DNA of 64,000 bases from an uncultured Flavobacteriales bacterium (GCA_905480355.1 CAJQQA010000018.1:12-64011); one strand, 5' to 3'. Positions 19,281-29,897 are shown, numbered from the stretch's first letter. Made by a program: numbers and translations. Notes: generated by a model not told the origin, from the letters alone.

Positions 19281-19733
19281 CTAGAGGCCCAAGTTGATTC
19301 CATCAATAATCTTTGTTTTATCAATATGAATTTTTTTTGTGATCAATAATGCTCCAGCTTTAACATCACCTGCCAATCGTATCTGCAGTTTATCTTTATT
19401 CGCAAATCTTAGCGCTTTAAATAATGCTCCTTCAGCTAAAGTAACAGTCATAGGTGCAGTGATTCTTGTCTCGCTATTGCTTTTCATTTTAAACTTCTCG
19501 TCGAGGTGAACTTTACCCATGTAATCTCCTTCCACATAGACATTAAGATCTGATGGTTTTACTTTAATTGCAAATTTGTTCTTATTATAAACATTTGCCC
19601 CAACTGTCAATTGCAAGGTTCTGCCCTCTAGTTTTCCTATTTTTAAATCTTCCCCTCCTTTAAACTCAGGTTCATAAAAGGTGCAAGAGGAAAATGCAAA
19701 TGAGACAAGAACAATTAATACACTGTTTTTCAT
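19281..19733 (-). CDS. Lipoprotein, LEA type 2 / WHy-like fold
   Basis: 150 aa with a lipobox (FAFSSC). The pattern VGANVYNKNKFAIKV...LNVYVEG..MG is typical of LEA_2 proteins. Assigned by eye only. Confidence 0.6.
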   Translation of the reverse strand: MKNSVLIVLVSFAFSSCTFYEPEFKGGEDLKIGKLEGRTLQLTVGANVYNKNKFAIKVKPSDLNVYVEGDYMGKVHLDEKFKMKSNSETRITAPMTVTLAEGALFKALRFANKDKLQIRLAGDVKAGALLITKKIHIDKTKIIDGINLGL

Positions 19734-19734
19734 A

Positions 19735-21126
19735 CTATGATTTTACCAGTTCAGTATAATAACTATAAAAATATGGAATAGTTTCAATGCCTTTGTAAAA
19801 ATTAAATAATCCAAAGTGCTCATCAGGAGAATGGATTGCATCACTGTCTAAACCAAATCCCATTAATATTGACTTTAAACCGAGTTCTTTTTCAAACATC
19901 GCAACAATCGGGATGGAGCCACCGCTTCTTACAGGAATTGGCTTTTTTTCAAATGTCTTCTCATACGCCATACTCGCAGCGTTATAACCGATAGAATCTG
20001 TTGGAGTGACTGCAGGTTCACCACCATGATGAGGAGTTACTTTTACAGTTGTTCCTTCAGGTGCGATAGATTCAAAATGATTCAAAAATAAATTTGTTAT
20101 TTCTACAGGATCTTGATCTGGCACTAAACGCATTGATATTTTAGCATAAGCTTTTGAAGCAATTACAGTTTTTGCTCCTTCTCCTGTATAGCCACCCCAA
20201 ATTCCGTTAACATCTAAAGTTGGGCGAATAGAACCACGTTCCATCGTGGAATAACCATCCTCTCCCATTACCTCATCAATATCAAGTGCTTTGCAATATG
20301 CCGCTTTGCTGAAAGGAGCTTTTGCCATTTCAGCTCGTTCATTTTCAGATAAATCAACCACTTTATCGTAAAACCCTGGAATTGTAATTTTATTATCGTC
20401 ATCATGTAATGACGCTATCATTTTCGCTAGAATGTTGATTGGATTTGCAACACAGCCTCCGTATAATCCTGAATGCAAATCTCTATTTGGTCCTGTCACT
20501 TCGACTTCAACATAGCTTAACCCTCTTAATCCCGTTGTAATTGAAGGAACATCATTGGCTAAAATTCCAGTATCTGAAACTAAAATGACATCTGCTATCA
20601 AGCGTTCATGATTATTTTTCACAAAAACACCCAAGTTTTCTGAGCCTACCTCCTCTTCGCCTTCAATCATGAATTTGACATTACAAGGCAATTCATTCGC
20701 ATTCATCATTGCTTCAAAAGCCTTAACATGCATATACATTTGTCCTTTATCGTCACAAGATCCACGCGCGAAAATTGCACCTTCAGGATGAATTTCAGTT
20801 GTTTTTATTACAGGTTCGAAAGCAGGATTCGTCCATAAATCAATTGGATCTGCTGGCTGAACATCATAATGTCCATAAACTAATATCGTTGGAAGACTAT
20901 CATCAATTAATTTCTCGCCATACACAATAGGATGCCCGGCTGTTTCGCAGATTTCAACATTTTCTGCTCCTGCTTCTTTTAGTCGTTTTGCTACTAAACT
21001 TGCTGTTTCGCGCACATCTTTAGAAAACTTTGTATCCGCAGAAACTGATGGTATCTTCAACAAGTCGATTAATTCTTCTAAAAATCTTTCTTTATTCGCT
21101 GAAATGAAAGCTTGTGTATTGTTCAT
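19735..21126 (-). CDS. M20 family dipeptidase (ArgE/DapE/CPG2-like)
   Basis: 463 aa with LVYGHYDVQPA, RGSCDDKGQ, MIEGEEEVGS and HSPDEHF. Confidence 0.9.
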   Translation of the reverse strand: MNNTQAFISANKERFLEELIDLLKIPSVSADTKFSKDVRETASLVAKRLKEAGAENVEICETAGHPIVYGEKLIDDSLPTILVYGHYDVQPADPIDLWTNPAFEPVIKTTEIHPEGAIFARGSCDDKGQMYMHVKAFEAMMNANELPCNVKFMIEGEEEVGSENLGVFVKNNHERLIADVILVSDTGILANDVPSITTGLRGLSYVEVEVTGPNRDLHSGLYGGCVANPINILAKMIASLHDDDNKITIPGFYDKVVDLSENERAEMAKAPFSKAAYCKALDIDEVMGEDGYSTMERGSIRPTLDVNGIWGGYTGEGAKTVIASKAYAKISMRLVPDQDPVEITNLFLNHFESIAPEGTTVKVTPHHGGEPAVTPTDSIGYNAASMAYEKTFEKKPIPVRSGGSIPIVAMFEKELGLKSILMGFGLDSDAIHSPDEHFGLFNFYKGIETIPYFYSYYTELVKS

Positions 21127-21339
21127 GTAATTTAAATATTGATGAATTTCTCAAAAGTCGTTATTTTATTTTTAGTCTTCAAGATAATCTGGATTTTTAA
21201 TTTTAAAATTGATTGAATGTAATCCTAGGTACTTTTCTTTAATGTAAATTTAGATTTCTAATAATCTCTGTACTTTATTCTCTTTATATGCAACCTATTG
21301 AGTAATTTTAGAGTCTAACGTATTTAGAAACTACTCATT

Positions 21340-23604
21340 ATGAAAAAAATATTTTTTGGATTACTTGTATTAACAATATCACTACAATATTCAAATGGTC
21401 AGATTGTAATAGACGCTGCGCCAACTCCTTTTGACTTAGTAACCAATACTCTAATTGGACAGGGACTTGTAACTTCTAATATTACTTTTAGTGGTGATTT
21501 AGGACAAATTGGATTTTTTGATGCTAACGGGTCTAATATTGGATTAGATTCTGGTGTAGTTATGTCATCGGGGTTTGTTACCGACATTGTTCCGCCGAAC
21601 ATTCCTAGTTCTACTATAGGTGGTCCTGGCGATGCTGACGTTCTTGCTACAGCGCAATCAGTAACCTCAAATCCTGCTGCTGGCGACATAACAACCACAA
21701 ATGATGCTGCCGTCTTAGATTTTGATTTCATCCCAAATGGCGATGTTGTTATTTTTCGATTTGTATTTGCTTCAGAAGAGTACTTAACTTGGGTCAACAC
21801 TCAATTCAATGACGCATTTGGATTCTATATCTCTGGACCAAACCCAGCAGGTGGTGAGTATGACGTTGAAAATTTAGCTCTTGTTCCAGGAACTACTGAG
21901 CCTATTACAATTTCAACCATTCACCCTGGTCTTAATGCTCAGTATTACATCGATAATGCAGCTGGTGCGACTCATTCATTCAATGGCTTTACTGTGCCTA
22001 TTGAAATTCGTTTTAATGTAATTTGTGACTCTACTTATAATTTCAAATTTGCAATTGCCGATGCTCAAGATGGTATTTTAGACACTGGAGTTTTTCTTGA
22101 AGGAGGAAGTTTTCAAGCCATTCCCGTTGATTTATCATTAGAAACAAATATTGACCCAACACTCTTTGGTGATTCCGTAATTATAGAAGGATGTGGCACG
22201 AATGCCGATTTTGTATTTACACGTCCTTCATGTCAATCTGGTGATTCTCTATACGTCTCAGTAGATGTAGCCGGTACGGCGACTAACGGTGTTGACTATA
22301 CATTCATCCCTGATTCAGTCTTGTTTTTGCCTGATTCTACTTCTATTGTTATTCCGTTTTTCGCTTTTCAAGATGGTGTTTTTGAAGGTTTCGAAAGCGT
22401 AATTTTAACAGTTATTAATATTCTACCTTCTGGCGATACAATAGTCACCGTTGGTGAAATTTGGCTTCTGGACCAACCAGATGTTAATATTTTGGCTCAT
22501 GACACTTCAATCTTTTGTTTCGTAGATTCGATAGATATCCTTACGTCAAGTTTTGATGGTGTTCCTCCATATTCATACTCATGGGACACCTACCCTGATA
22601 CAAACGACTACTTAACCGTTCCTGCATCCGTCAATGGCACCATTGATTATTATGTTACAATCACTGATGCATGTGGTTTTACAAATATCGACACACTTAC
22701 AGTAATTGTTAATGAAACTTTATTAATAGATTCACTAACTTCAATTCCTTCTGGTTTTGTGCAAGCACCAAATTGTTTGCCTTCAGGGGTCATCCAAGCT
22801 TTTGTCTCAGGACAAACTCAAGACATTGCTCTTGCTCAATATAACTGGACAGGTCCAAATGCTAATCCAGGTGTAATCAATGTTAACGGAACTGCCGCCA
22901 ATGATGTTCCTCCAGGATGGTACTACTTCTCCGTTTCTGATGACGTGTGTTCAAAAATGGATAGCATCGAAGTTTTCATGGACCCGAAACCAATTGCGCA
23001 AATGTCGGCTGTACCTGCTGATGGTTGTACACCATTGAATGTACTTCTGTCGAACACAAGTCAAAATGCAACTTCTTATTATTGGGATTTCGGAAATTCA
23101 AACACGTTAAATGTTGGTAATTTGAGTAATCAATCCCAAACGTACACTACGTCCAGTCAAGTAATGTTAATCGCTTACGATGATTACTTCTGTAGTGACA
23201 CAACCTTTATTGACATTGATATTATTATTTGTGGATGTATGGATCCAACGGCTTTAAACTACAATCTAGATGCTGTTGAAGACGATGGGAGTTGTTTATA
23301 TCCTAGCCCTATTGTGATTGCTCCAAATGTATTTACACCGAATGGAGATCTTGATAATGATTTATACTTTTTAGATTTAATGCATACAGTTCATTTAGAA
23401 TTGGTCATCTTAAATCGTTGGGGAGGAGTTATGTATGAGCTTGACTCTGATCTACTGACTACTTCACAAATTATTGGTTGGAATGGAATAGACAGAAGTG
23501 GAAACGAAGCAGGAGAAGGAACATACTTCTACAAATATGTTGCAACTGGAGTTGATGGGGATCAGGTTGATGGTCATGGATTCTTGCAATTGGTAAGGGA
23601 ATAG
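21340..23604 (+). CDS. Secreted T9SS cargo protein with a choice-of-anchor-L-like domain, a Calx-beta-like module, a PKD-like module and a type-B (gliding-motility-associated) C-terminal sorting domain
   Basis: 754 aa with a signal peptide. FRFVFASEEYLTWV, FYISGPNP and VFLEGGSF (about 21400..22113). AGTATNGVDYTF (about 22190..22420). YYWDFGNSN (PKD-like, about 22981..23215). CGCMDPTALNYN..DDGSC. C-terminus PNVFTPNGDLDNDLYF...NRWG...GTYFY. Confidence 0.85.
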   Translation: MKKIFFGLLVLTISLQYSNGQIVIDAAPTPFDLVTNTLIGQGLVTSNITFSGDLGQIGFFDANGSNIGLDSGVVMSSGFVTDIVPPNIPSSTIGGPGDADVLATAQSVTSNPAAGDITTTNDAAVLDFDFIPNGDVVIFRFVFASEEYLTWVNTQFNDAFGFYISGPNPAGGEYDVENLALVPGTTEPITISTIHPGLNAQYYIDNAAGATHSFNGFTVPIEIRFNVICDSTYNFKFAIADAQDGILDTGVFLEGGSFQAIPVDLSLETNIDPTLFGDSVIIEGCGTNADFVFTRPSCQSGDSLYVSVDVAGTATNGVDYTFIPDSVLFLPDSTSIVIPFFAFQDGVFEGFESVILTVINILPSGDTIVTVGEIWLLDQPDVNILAHDTSIFCFVDSIDILTSSFDGVPPYSYSWDTYPDTNDYLTVPASVNGTIDYYVTITDACGFTNIDTLTVIVNETLLIDSLTSIPSGFVQAPNCLPSGVIQAFVSGQTQDIALAQYNWTGPNANPGVINVNGTAANDVPPGWYYFSVSDDVCSKMDSIEVFMDPKPIAQMSAVPADGCTPLNVLLSNTSQNATSYYWDFGNSNTLNVGNLSNQSQTYTTSSQVMLIAYDDYFCSDTTFIDIDIIICGCMDPTALNYNLDAVEDDGSCLYPSPIVIAPNVFTPNGDLDNDLYFLDLMHTVHLELVILNRWGGVMYELDSDLLTTSQIIGWNGIDRSGNEAGEGTYFYKYVATGVDGDQVDGHGFLQLVRE

Positions 23605-23637
23605 TGCAAATTTAGAACACAAAAAAGCCTATTAATA

Positions 23638-24840
23638 CTAATAGAGAAAGTTATGGTATGGATATCTTTCTTGAAAAATAAGTTTGACCTCTTTATAGAG
23701 TAACGCTTTTAGTTCTTCAATGTTATCTTTATTCGTAGCTGAAATAAATACACACTTCGTGTTATTCAATTTAGCCATCCAAGTCTTCTTTAGGTCCTCT
23801 AAAGAATAATTAAATGGCTCCATTGGAGTTAAATCATCTTCCTCTTTCTCTACGTATTTATAAGCGTCAATTTTATTGAAAATGACAATCACAGGCTTGT
23901 CCACTTTATCGATTTCAGCTAAAGTTTCACAAACCACATTATAGTGATCTTGAAAACTAGGATGCGCTATATCCAGAACATGCACTAACATATGAGACTC
24001 TCTAACTTCATCCAATGTTGACTTAAATGAATCAACAAGTTGATGAGGTAATTTCCGAATAAAACCAACTGTATCAGCAAGTAAGAAAGGTAAATTTTCA
24101 ATCACGACCTTTCGAACAGTTGTGTCGAGTGTTGCAAACAATTTATTCTCAGCAAAAACATCGGATTTACTTAGCATATTCATAATTGTGCTCTTGCCAA
24201 CATTTGTATAACCCACTAATGCGACACGAACCAATTGTCCACGATTTCCTCGTTGAACGGCTTTTTGTTTGTCAATACTCTTAAGTTTTTTTTGTAATGC
24301 AGAGATTTTATCTTGAATTAATCGTCTATCGACCTCAATCTGAGTTTCACCAGCTCCACTTCGCATGCCAATACCACCTTTTTCTCTATCAAGGTGCGTC
24401 CACAAACGTGTCAATCTTGGCAACATGTATTGCATTTGCGCCAACTCGACTTGCGTTTTTGCATTAGCAGTACGAGCGCGGCTGGCAAAAATATCTAAGA
24501 TTAAAATGTTTCTGTCTACAATTTTTATTTCTAAAATCTTCTCAATATTACGAAGTTGTGAAGGTGAAAGCTCATCATCAAAAATGGCTACTTCAATATC
24601 ATTCGCATTTATATACATTCTGATTTCTTCAATCTTACCTGTTCCAACATATGTTTTAGGATTTGGTTTAGGCAGCTTCTGAGTAAATCGATGCTTCGTA
24701 ACACCTCCAGCAGTTTCTGCCAAAAACTCTAACTCATCAAGATACTCGGTAGCTTGGACTTCAGTAACTTCTTGGGTGATTACACTAATTAAGATGCAAA
24801 TTTCTTCGACATCATCAACTAAAACATGTCCTTGACTCAT
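23638..24840 (-). CDS. hflX: GTPase HflX
   Basis: 400 aa with the HflX N-terminal domain and G-motifs GYTNVGKST, DTVGF and NKID. Confidence 0.95.
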   Translation of the reverse strand: MSQGHVLVDDVEEICILISVITQEVTEVQATEYLDELEFLAETAGGVTKHRFTQKLPKPNPKTYVGTGKIEEIRMYINANDIEVAIFDDELSPSQLRNIEKILEIKIVDRNILILDIFASRARTANAKTQVELAQMQYMLPRLTRLWTHLDREKGGIGMRSGAGETQIEVDRRLIQDKISALQKKLKSIDKQKAVQRGNRGQLVRVALVGYTNVGKSTIMNMLSKSDVFAENKLFATLDTTVRKVVIENLPFLLADTVGFIRKLPHQLVDSFKSTLDEVRESHMLVHVLDIAHPSFQDHYNVVCETLAEIDKVDKPVIVIFNKIDAYKYVEKEEDDLTPMEPFNYSLEDLKKTWMAKLNNTKCVFISATNKDNIEELKALLYKEVKLIFQERYPYHNFLY

Positions 24841-24851
24841 ACTTTGTTTGT

Positions 24852-25289
24852 TTACATCCAGCCTGCACCTAGACCTCTAAAAGGCCATGGGATAAATGCT
24901 AATATCAATATTAAAGCAATCAAATACGTTTTCAAAATTTTTCTATGCTTATTTCTCGAACCTTTCATCTTTTTCTCCGCATTACTTCTTCCCCTCGAAA
25001 CAATTATTATCGCTAAAAGCATTCCTATTAAATGCTCCATTCCGTAAAAACGTAAAATCTCCTCTGACATCCACCCTTCTATAAAGTTCACCTTTGAAGA
25101 ACTGAAATAGAGTCCTAAGCCAATAAGTAATTGAATATGTAGAAAAATCATTGCAAACAAGTTGATCATTTTATCCTTCTTCATATAATTCCCAGAATTC
25201 TGCGACTTTGCAGCATTCACAATTGCCACCAACAACAATATTAGTGCAATCCACCGTAATCCTGAATGTGCGTGTTTTAATGCTTCCAT
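24852..25289 (-). CDS. Four-TM membrane protein with conserved-looking His residues (possible cytochrome-b-like protein)
   Basis: 145 aa with HAHSGLRW before TM1 and His residues in TM2 (FLHIQ) and TM3 (MEHLIG). It ends 11 bp upstream of hflX on the same strand. Confidence 0.55.
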   Translation of the reverse strand: MEALKHAHSGLRWIALILLLVAIVNAAKSQNSGNYMKKDKMINLFAMIFLHIQLLIGLGLYFSSSKVNFIEGWMSEEILRFYGMEHLIGMLLAIIIVSRGRSNAEKKMKGSRNKHRKILKTYLIALILILAFIPWPFRGLGAGWM

Positions 25290-25392
25290 ATCTTTTTTCT
25301 ACAAAAGTAAAAAAATGTATGACTACAGGTCGTAGAATCGACTTAAGTCAAAATTATTTTATATTTTCACAGCACTCAATTACTCTTTGATT

Positions 25393-28300
25393 ATGAAAAA
25401 AATACTCTTAATTGCAGTTCTTCTAACTAAATTCTGTGCTTTCTCCCAAATAATACCCAACAATGGTGCAATTGAATCTACACCTGCTTATTTTGCTTTA
25501 AAAAATGCAAGAATTGTCGTGTCTCCTTCTGAAACTATTGAAAACGCAACTTTACTAATTAAAGATTCTAAAATTATTAGCGTCGGGAAATTGACTAGAA
25601 TCCCCAAGGATGCAGTTATTATTGATTGTAAAGGAAAAACCATTTTACCAGCATTCATCGAATTGAATTCTGACATTGGACTACCAAAAATTAAACGAGG
25701 CGAATACACCGGTCGGCAACAATATGAAAGCAACAAAAAAGGAGCTTATCATTGGAATGAGTCCATTCATCCAGAAATTAATGCAAATGCGATCTATTCT
25801 GGTGATGCAAAAAGTAATAAGGAATTAGTCGAAAAAGGTTTTGGGTTTGCTTTGACACACCAAAAAAATGGAATCTCTAGAGGTCAAGGAGCTTTTGTTT
25901 CTCTTACAGATGGCAAAGAATCATTGTTAACGATTGAAGATCTCAATAGCTTTTACTCATTTCAAAAAGGTGCTTCAAGGCAATCATATCCATCTTCTCA
26001 GATGGGAGCTATTGCATTATTACGTCAGTCTTTTTACGATGCTGATTGGTACAAAGCCAATTCAGAAAATAAAAATGTTTCGTTTGATAATTTACTGCAA
26101 CAGCTGAATGGAAATAAATTTTTTGAAACCTCAGATAAATTCGAAATTATTCGAGCAAATAAAATCGCTGAGGAATTTAATTTGAAGTTTACTTATTTTG
26201 GTTCAGGAAATGAATACGAAATACTTGATCAAATTTCGTCTGTCAATTCAACAATTATTCTCCCTATTAACTTTCCAAAACCTTATGATGTAGAAAATCC
26301 ATACATATCGCGACAAATACCATTAAGCGATTTAAAACATTGGGAAATGGCTCCAATGAATCCGATGCTGCTAAAGCATAAAGGTGTCAACATTTGCATT
26401 ACATCGACTGACCATAAAACATCGGAAGACTTTTGGAGTCACTTGCGAGCTGCCATAAAACATGGCCTGACCGAAAGTGAGGCATTAGAGGCATTAACTA
26501 CGATGCCTGCAATCACTATTGGCGCTGAGGAAATAGTTGGCACACTAGAAGCAGGTAAACTTGCAAGTTTCATTGTTTATGACAAAAACCCATTTATTGA
26601 GTCCGCTCAAATGATGGAATCATGGATGGTTGGAAAGCAAACTATCCACAAAACTTCACCAAATACAAACCTTGCTGGAGAGTATAATTTATCTATCAAT
26701 AATCATAAGTTTCCATTTGAGATAAAGAAGAAAGGTCCTAAATTCTCCGGAGAGTTAACCTATGAATTTACAGATGAAGAAAAAGGTGTTTCTGACACGA
26801 CTGCGAAGTTATTGATTATTAATAATGACCTGGACGTAACACTGCAGTTTAATATTCATAGCGCAGAATTAGATGGCAGTATAACATTACAAGGAAAAGC
26901 AAATTCCAGTTTCGGCGTTTTTGAAGGTGAAGGAATGCTACCAAACGGAGAATGGGTGAAATGGGCAGCAATTAAAACTAAAAAGACTGACGCCGAGAAA
27001 TCCGAAGCAGCAACATTAATAATGGCAGACACAAATAATAGATCTTGGCTTCCTAATATGGCTTATGGATTTGATTCTATCCCTGAAACTACTGCCTTAG
27101 TTATCAAAAATGCTACACTTTGGACCAATGAAGAAATTGGAATTCTTAACAATGCGACTGTTGTAGTGAAAGAAGGTAAAATTGTATATGCTGGGTCTGG
27201 GAAATACAAAATTCCTAAGGGCAGCAAGATAATTGACGCTAAAGGGAAACACATCACTTCTGGAATTATTGATGAACATTCGCACATTGCGATTTCTAAG
27301 GGAGTGAACGAAGGAGGTCAAGCGATTTCTGCAGAAGTTAGAATTGGAGATGTTGTGAATCCTGATGATATTAATATTTACAGGCAATTATCTGGAGGTG
27401 TTACCACAGCACAACTCTTACATGGATCTGCTAACCCAGTTGGAGGCCAATCTGCTTTAATTAAATTAAAATGGGGGCATACAGCAGATGAAATGATTGT
27501 TGATCGAGCTGATGGATTTATCAAGTTTGCACTTGGAGAGAACGTGAAACAGTCGAGAAGTAGCAATTCAATTCGATTTCCACAAACGAGAATGGGTGTT
27601 GAACAGTTGTATTATGATGGCTTTCTTCGTGCTCGTGAATACGAAAAAGAATGGAGCGCATATCGATTAAACACTAAATTAAGTAAACCACGCAAGGATT
27701 TGGAATTAGAAACCTTAGTTGAGATTCTTCAAGGTAAACGATTTGTTACTTGTCATTCTTATGTTCAGTCTGAAATAAATATGTTAATGCATGTTGCTGA
27801 TTCAATGGGATTCAATATCAACACCTTTACACATATTCTTGAAGGTTATAAAGTTGCTGACAAAATGGTGAAGCATGGTGTTGGAGGTTCAACTTTCTCT
27901 GATTGGTGGGCTTACAAATATGAAGTGAATGACGCAATACCTTATAACGCTGCTATTATGAGTAAACAAGGTGTTGTTGTTGCGATTAATTCTGATGATG
28001 CTGAAATGGGTCGGCGATTAAATCAAGAAGCAGCAAAAGGTATTAAATACGGAGGAATGACCGAAATTGAAGCGTGGAAAATGGTTACATTAAATCCCGC
28101 AAAATTATTACACATCGATGACCAAATGGGAAGTTTAAAAGAAGGTAAAGATGCTGATATTGTTATTTGGTCGGACAATCCACTTTCTATCAATGCTAAA
28201 GTTGAGTACACAATTGTTGACGGTCAAATTCTATACAGTCAAGAAAAAAATGCTGAATTGAGAAAAAGAAATCAGCAAGAGAAAGCTAGAATCATTTCAA

Positions 28301-28419
28301 AAATGCTTGCCGATGAGACTCCTAAGTTGGAAAAAAAGAGATTTATCAAAAAGAAAAAAGGGCATTTCCATTGCAACACACTAGGAGAAGAATTATCAAC
28401 AGAAGAAAACCATCATTAA
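25393..28419 (+). CDS. Large secreted amidohydrolase-family protein with two amidohydrolase-like halves (N-terminal half degenerate, C-terminal half with an intact metal motif)
   Basis: Signal peptide. The first half has LPAFIELNSDIG where DxHxH is expected (about 25648) and ends GTLEAGKLASFIVYD. The second half has GIIDEHSHIAIS (27271), INSDD and GSLKEGKDADIVIW. The ATG at 25393 is preferred to the TTG at 25387. Confidence 0.85.
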   Translation: MKKILLIAVLLTKFCAFSQIIPNNGAIESTPAYFALKNARIVVSPSETIENATLLIKDSKIISVGKLTRIPKDAVIIDCKGKTILPAFIELNSDIGLPKIKRGEYTGRQQYESNKKGAYHWNESIHPEINANAIYSGDAKSNKELVEKGFGFALTHQKNGISRGQGAFVSLTDGKESLLTIEDLNSFYSFQKGASRQSYPSSQMGAIALLRQSFYDADWYKANSENKNVSFDNLLQQLNGNKFFETSDKFEIIRANKIAEEFNLKFTYFGSGNEYEILDQISSVNSTIILPINFPKPYDVENPYISRQIPLSDLKHWEMAPMNPMLLKHKGVNICITSTDHKTSEDFWSHLRAAIKHGLTESEALEALTTMPAITIGAEEIVGTLEAGKLASFIVYDKNPFIESAQMMESWMVGKQTIHKTSPNTNLAGEYNLSINNHKFPFEIKKKGPKFSGELTYEFTDEEKGVSDTTAKLLIINNDLDVTLQFNIHSAELDGSITLQGKANSSFGVFEGEGMLPNGEWVKWAAIKTKKTDAEKSEAATLIMADTNNRSWLPNMAYGFDSIPETTALVIKNATLWTNEEIGILNNATVVVKEGKIVYAGSGKYKIPKGSKIIDAKGKHITSGIIDEHSHIAISKGVNEGGQAISAEVRIGDVVNPDDINIYRQLSGGVTTAQLLHGSANPVGGQSALIKLKWGHTADEMIVDRADGFIKFALGENVKQSRSSNSIRFPQTRMGVEQLYYDGFLRAREYEKEWSAYRLNTKLSKPRKDLELETLVEILQGKRFVTCHSYVQSEINMLMHVADSMGFNINTFTHILEGYKVADKMVKHGVGGSTFSDWWAYKYEVNDAIPYNAAIMSKQGVVVAINSDDAEMGRRLNQEAAKGIKYGGMTEIEAWKMVTLNPAKLLHIDDQMGSLKEGKDADIVIWSDNPLSINAKVEYTIVDGQILYSQEKNAELRKRNQQEKARIISKMLADETPKLEKKRFIKKKKGHFHCNTLGEELSTEENHH

Positions 28420-28420
28420 T

Positions 28421-29698
28421 ATGAAACAGATACTAATATTGACCTCATTGTTTATTGCATTTTCTTCTTTTGGACAGAAAACATCTAATATTCTACTTAA
28501 AAATGGTTTTTTACATGTTGGAAATGGGGAAACAATTGAAAGTGCTTTAATTGGAATTAAAGATGGGAAAATTGAACTCATTAAAAATTCTCTAGCATAC
28601 ACTTATACGGCGAGTGAATGGGATACAGTAATCGACCTAAAGGGTCAACACGTTTACCCAGGGTTTGTTGCTCCAAACTCAACACTTGGTATTACAGAAA
28701 TTGATGCCGTTCGTGCTACTCGCGATTACGATGAAGTTGGATTGTTCAACCCTCACGTTCGTTCTCAAATTGCTTTTAATGTTGAGTCCAAAGTAATCTC
28801 TACAGTGCGAACAAATGGGGTGTTAATTTCACAAGCAACGCCGAGAGGTGGAATTATTTCTGGGACTTCCGCCATAATGAAGCTTGATGGTTGGAATTGG
28901 GAAGATGCTACAATCTCGCCGAACGATGGTATTCATTTGAATTGGCCATCAAGCATCTCTGGTGGCGGTTGGTGGGCAGAACCCGCTCCAAAATCTAAAA
29001 ATAAAGATTACGACAAACAAAAAGATCGAATTTCTAACTTTTTTGAAATGGCTTCAGCCTACGCGAATACGACCAAAAATGAAAAGAAAGAGGCTCGATT
29101 AGAAGCAATGCGTGCTTGTTTTAATGGTGATAAAAGAGTTTATATTCATGCGGATGAACTGCAACAATTACTTGATGCAATTGAATTTGCCAAGCATTTC
29201 AAATTAAAATCACCCGTAATTGTTGGTGGATACGATGCTCACCTAATTACTGCACAATTAGTGGATGCAGAAATACCCGTTATGATTGTACGTCCGCATA
29301 GTCTTCCAGAAAATGAAGAAGACGATATTGATTTACCCTACAAGTTAGCCTCACTTTTACAAAAAGGTGGCGTTAGTTTTTGCATTCAGAACCAAGGCGA
29401 TATGGAAGCAATGAATGCCCGAAATATCCCTTTTTTAGCAGGAACAGCGAAGGCTTACGGACTCACTGAAGAAGAAGCAATAAGAGCTGTTAGTTTATCG
29501 AGTTGTGAAATTTTAGGGATAGATGCTAAGTATGGCAGCGTTGAAAAAGGAAAATCTGCGACACTTTTTGTGTCCAAAGGAAATGCCCTGGACATGCGAA
29601 CAAATAATGTAACTTTGAGTTTAATTGATGGGAAGTTTGTTAATCTTGAAAATTCACAAAGTATTTTGTACAAAAAGTATTCGAAAAAATATCAATAA
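28421..29698 (+). CDS. Amidohydrolase-family protein lacking the HxH metal motif
   Basis: 425 aa with a signal peptide. GFVAPNSTLGI sits where DxHxH is expected (28670). The C-terminus GSVEKGKSATLFV is typical of the family. It starts 2 nt after the stop of the preceding amidohydrolase. Confidence 0.8.
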   Translation: MKQILILTSLFIAFSSFGQKTSNILLKNGFLHVGNGETIESALIGIKDGKIELIKNSLAYTYTASEWDTVIDLKGQHVYPGFVAPNSTLGITEIDAVRATRDYDEVGLFNPHVRSQIAFNVESKVISTVRTNGVLISQATPRGGIISGTSAIMKLDGWNWEDATISPNDGIHLNWPSSISGGGWWAEPAPKSKNKDYDKQKDRISNFFEMASAYANTTKNEKKEARLEAMRACFNGDKRVYIHADELQQLLDAIEFAKHFKLKSPVIVGGYDAHLITAQLVDAEIPVMIVRPHSLPENEEDDIDLPYKLASLLQKGGVSFCIQNQGDMEAMNARNIPFLAGTAKAYGLTEEEAIRAVSLSSCEILGIDAKYGSVEKGKSATLFVSKGNALDMRTNNVTLSLIDGKFVNLENSQSILYKKYSKKYQ

Positions 29699-29897
29699 AG
29701 AAATTCAGTGATTATCCAACTGGATTAATGTTTTCAAAAGTGACGATAATCATTAAAATGAATCGATTTTTGAAGAAGTTAGAATCAAAAAGTATAATCC
29801 AATTTAGAAACAGATACAATTGGAGAATTTCGTAAATGAACTTTTACCTTTCAATTGTTTTTGTATCTTTGATTATATTCATTCTAAACAAGAAAAA

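Noticed and set aside
21399-21800. 133-aa minus-strand ORF, and similar long antisense ORFs at 43388..43753 and 59429..59806
   Set aside because: Each is fully embedded antisense in a well-supported gene (the T9SS cargo protein, accC and tlpA). None has a recognisable motif or independent signals.
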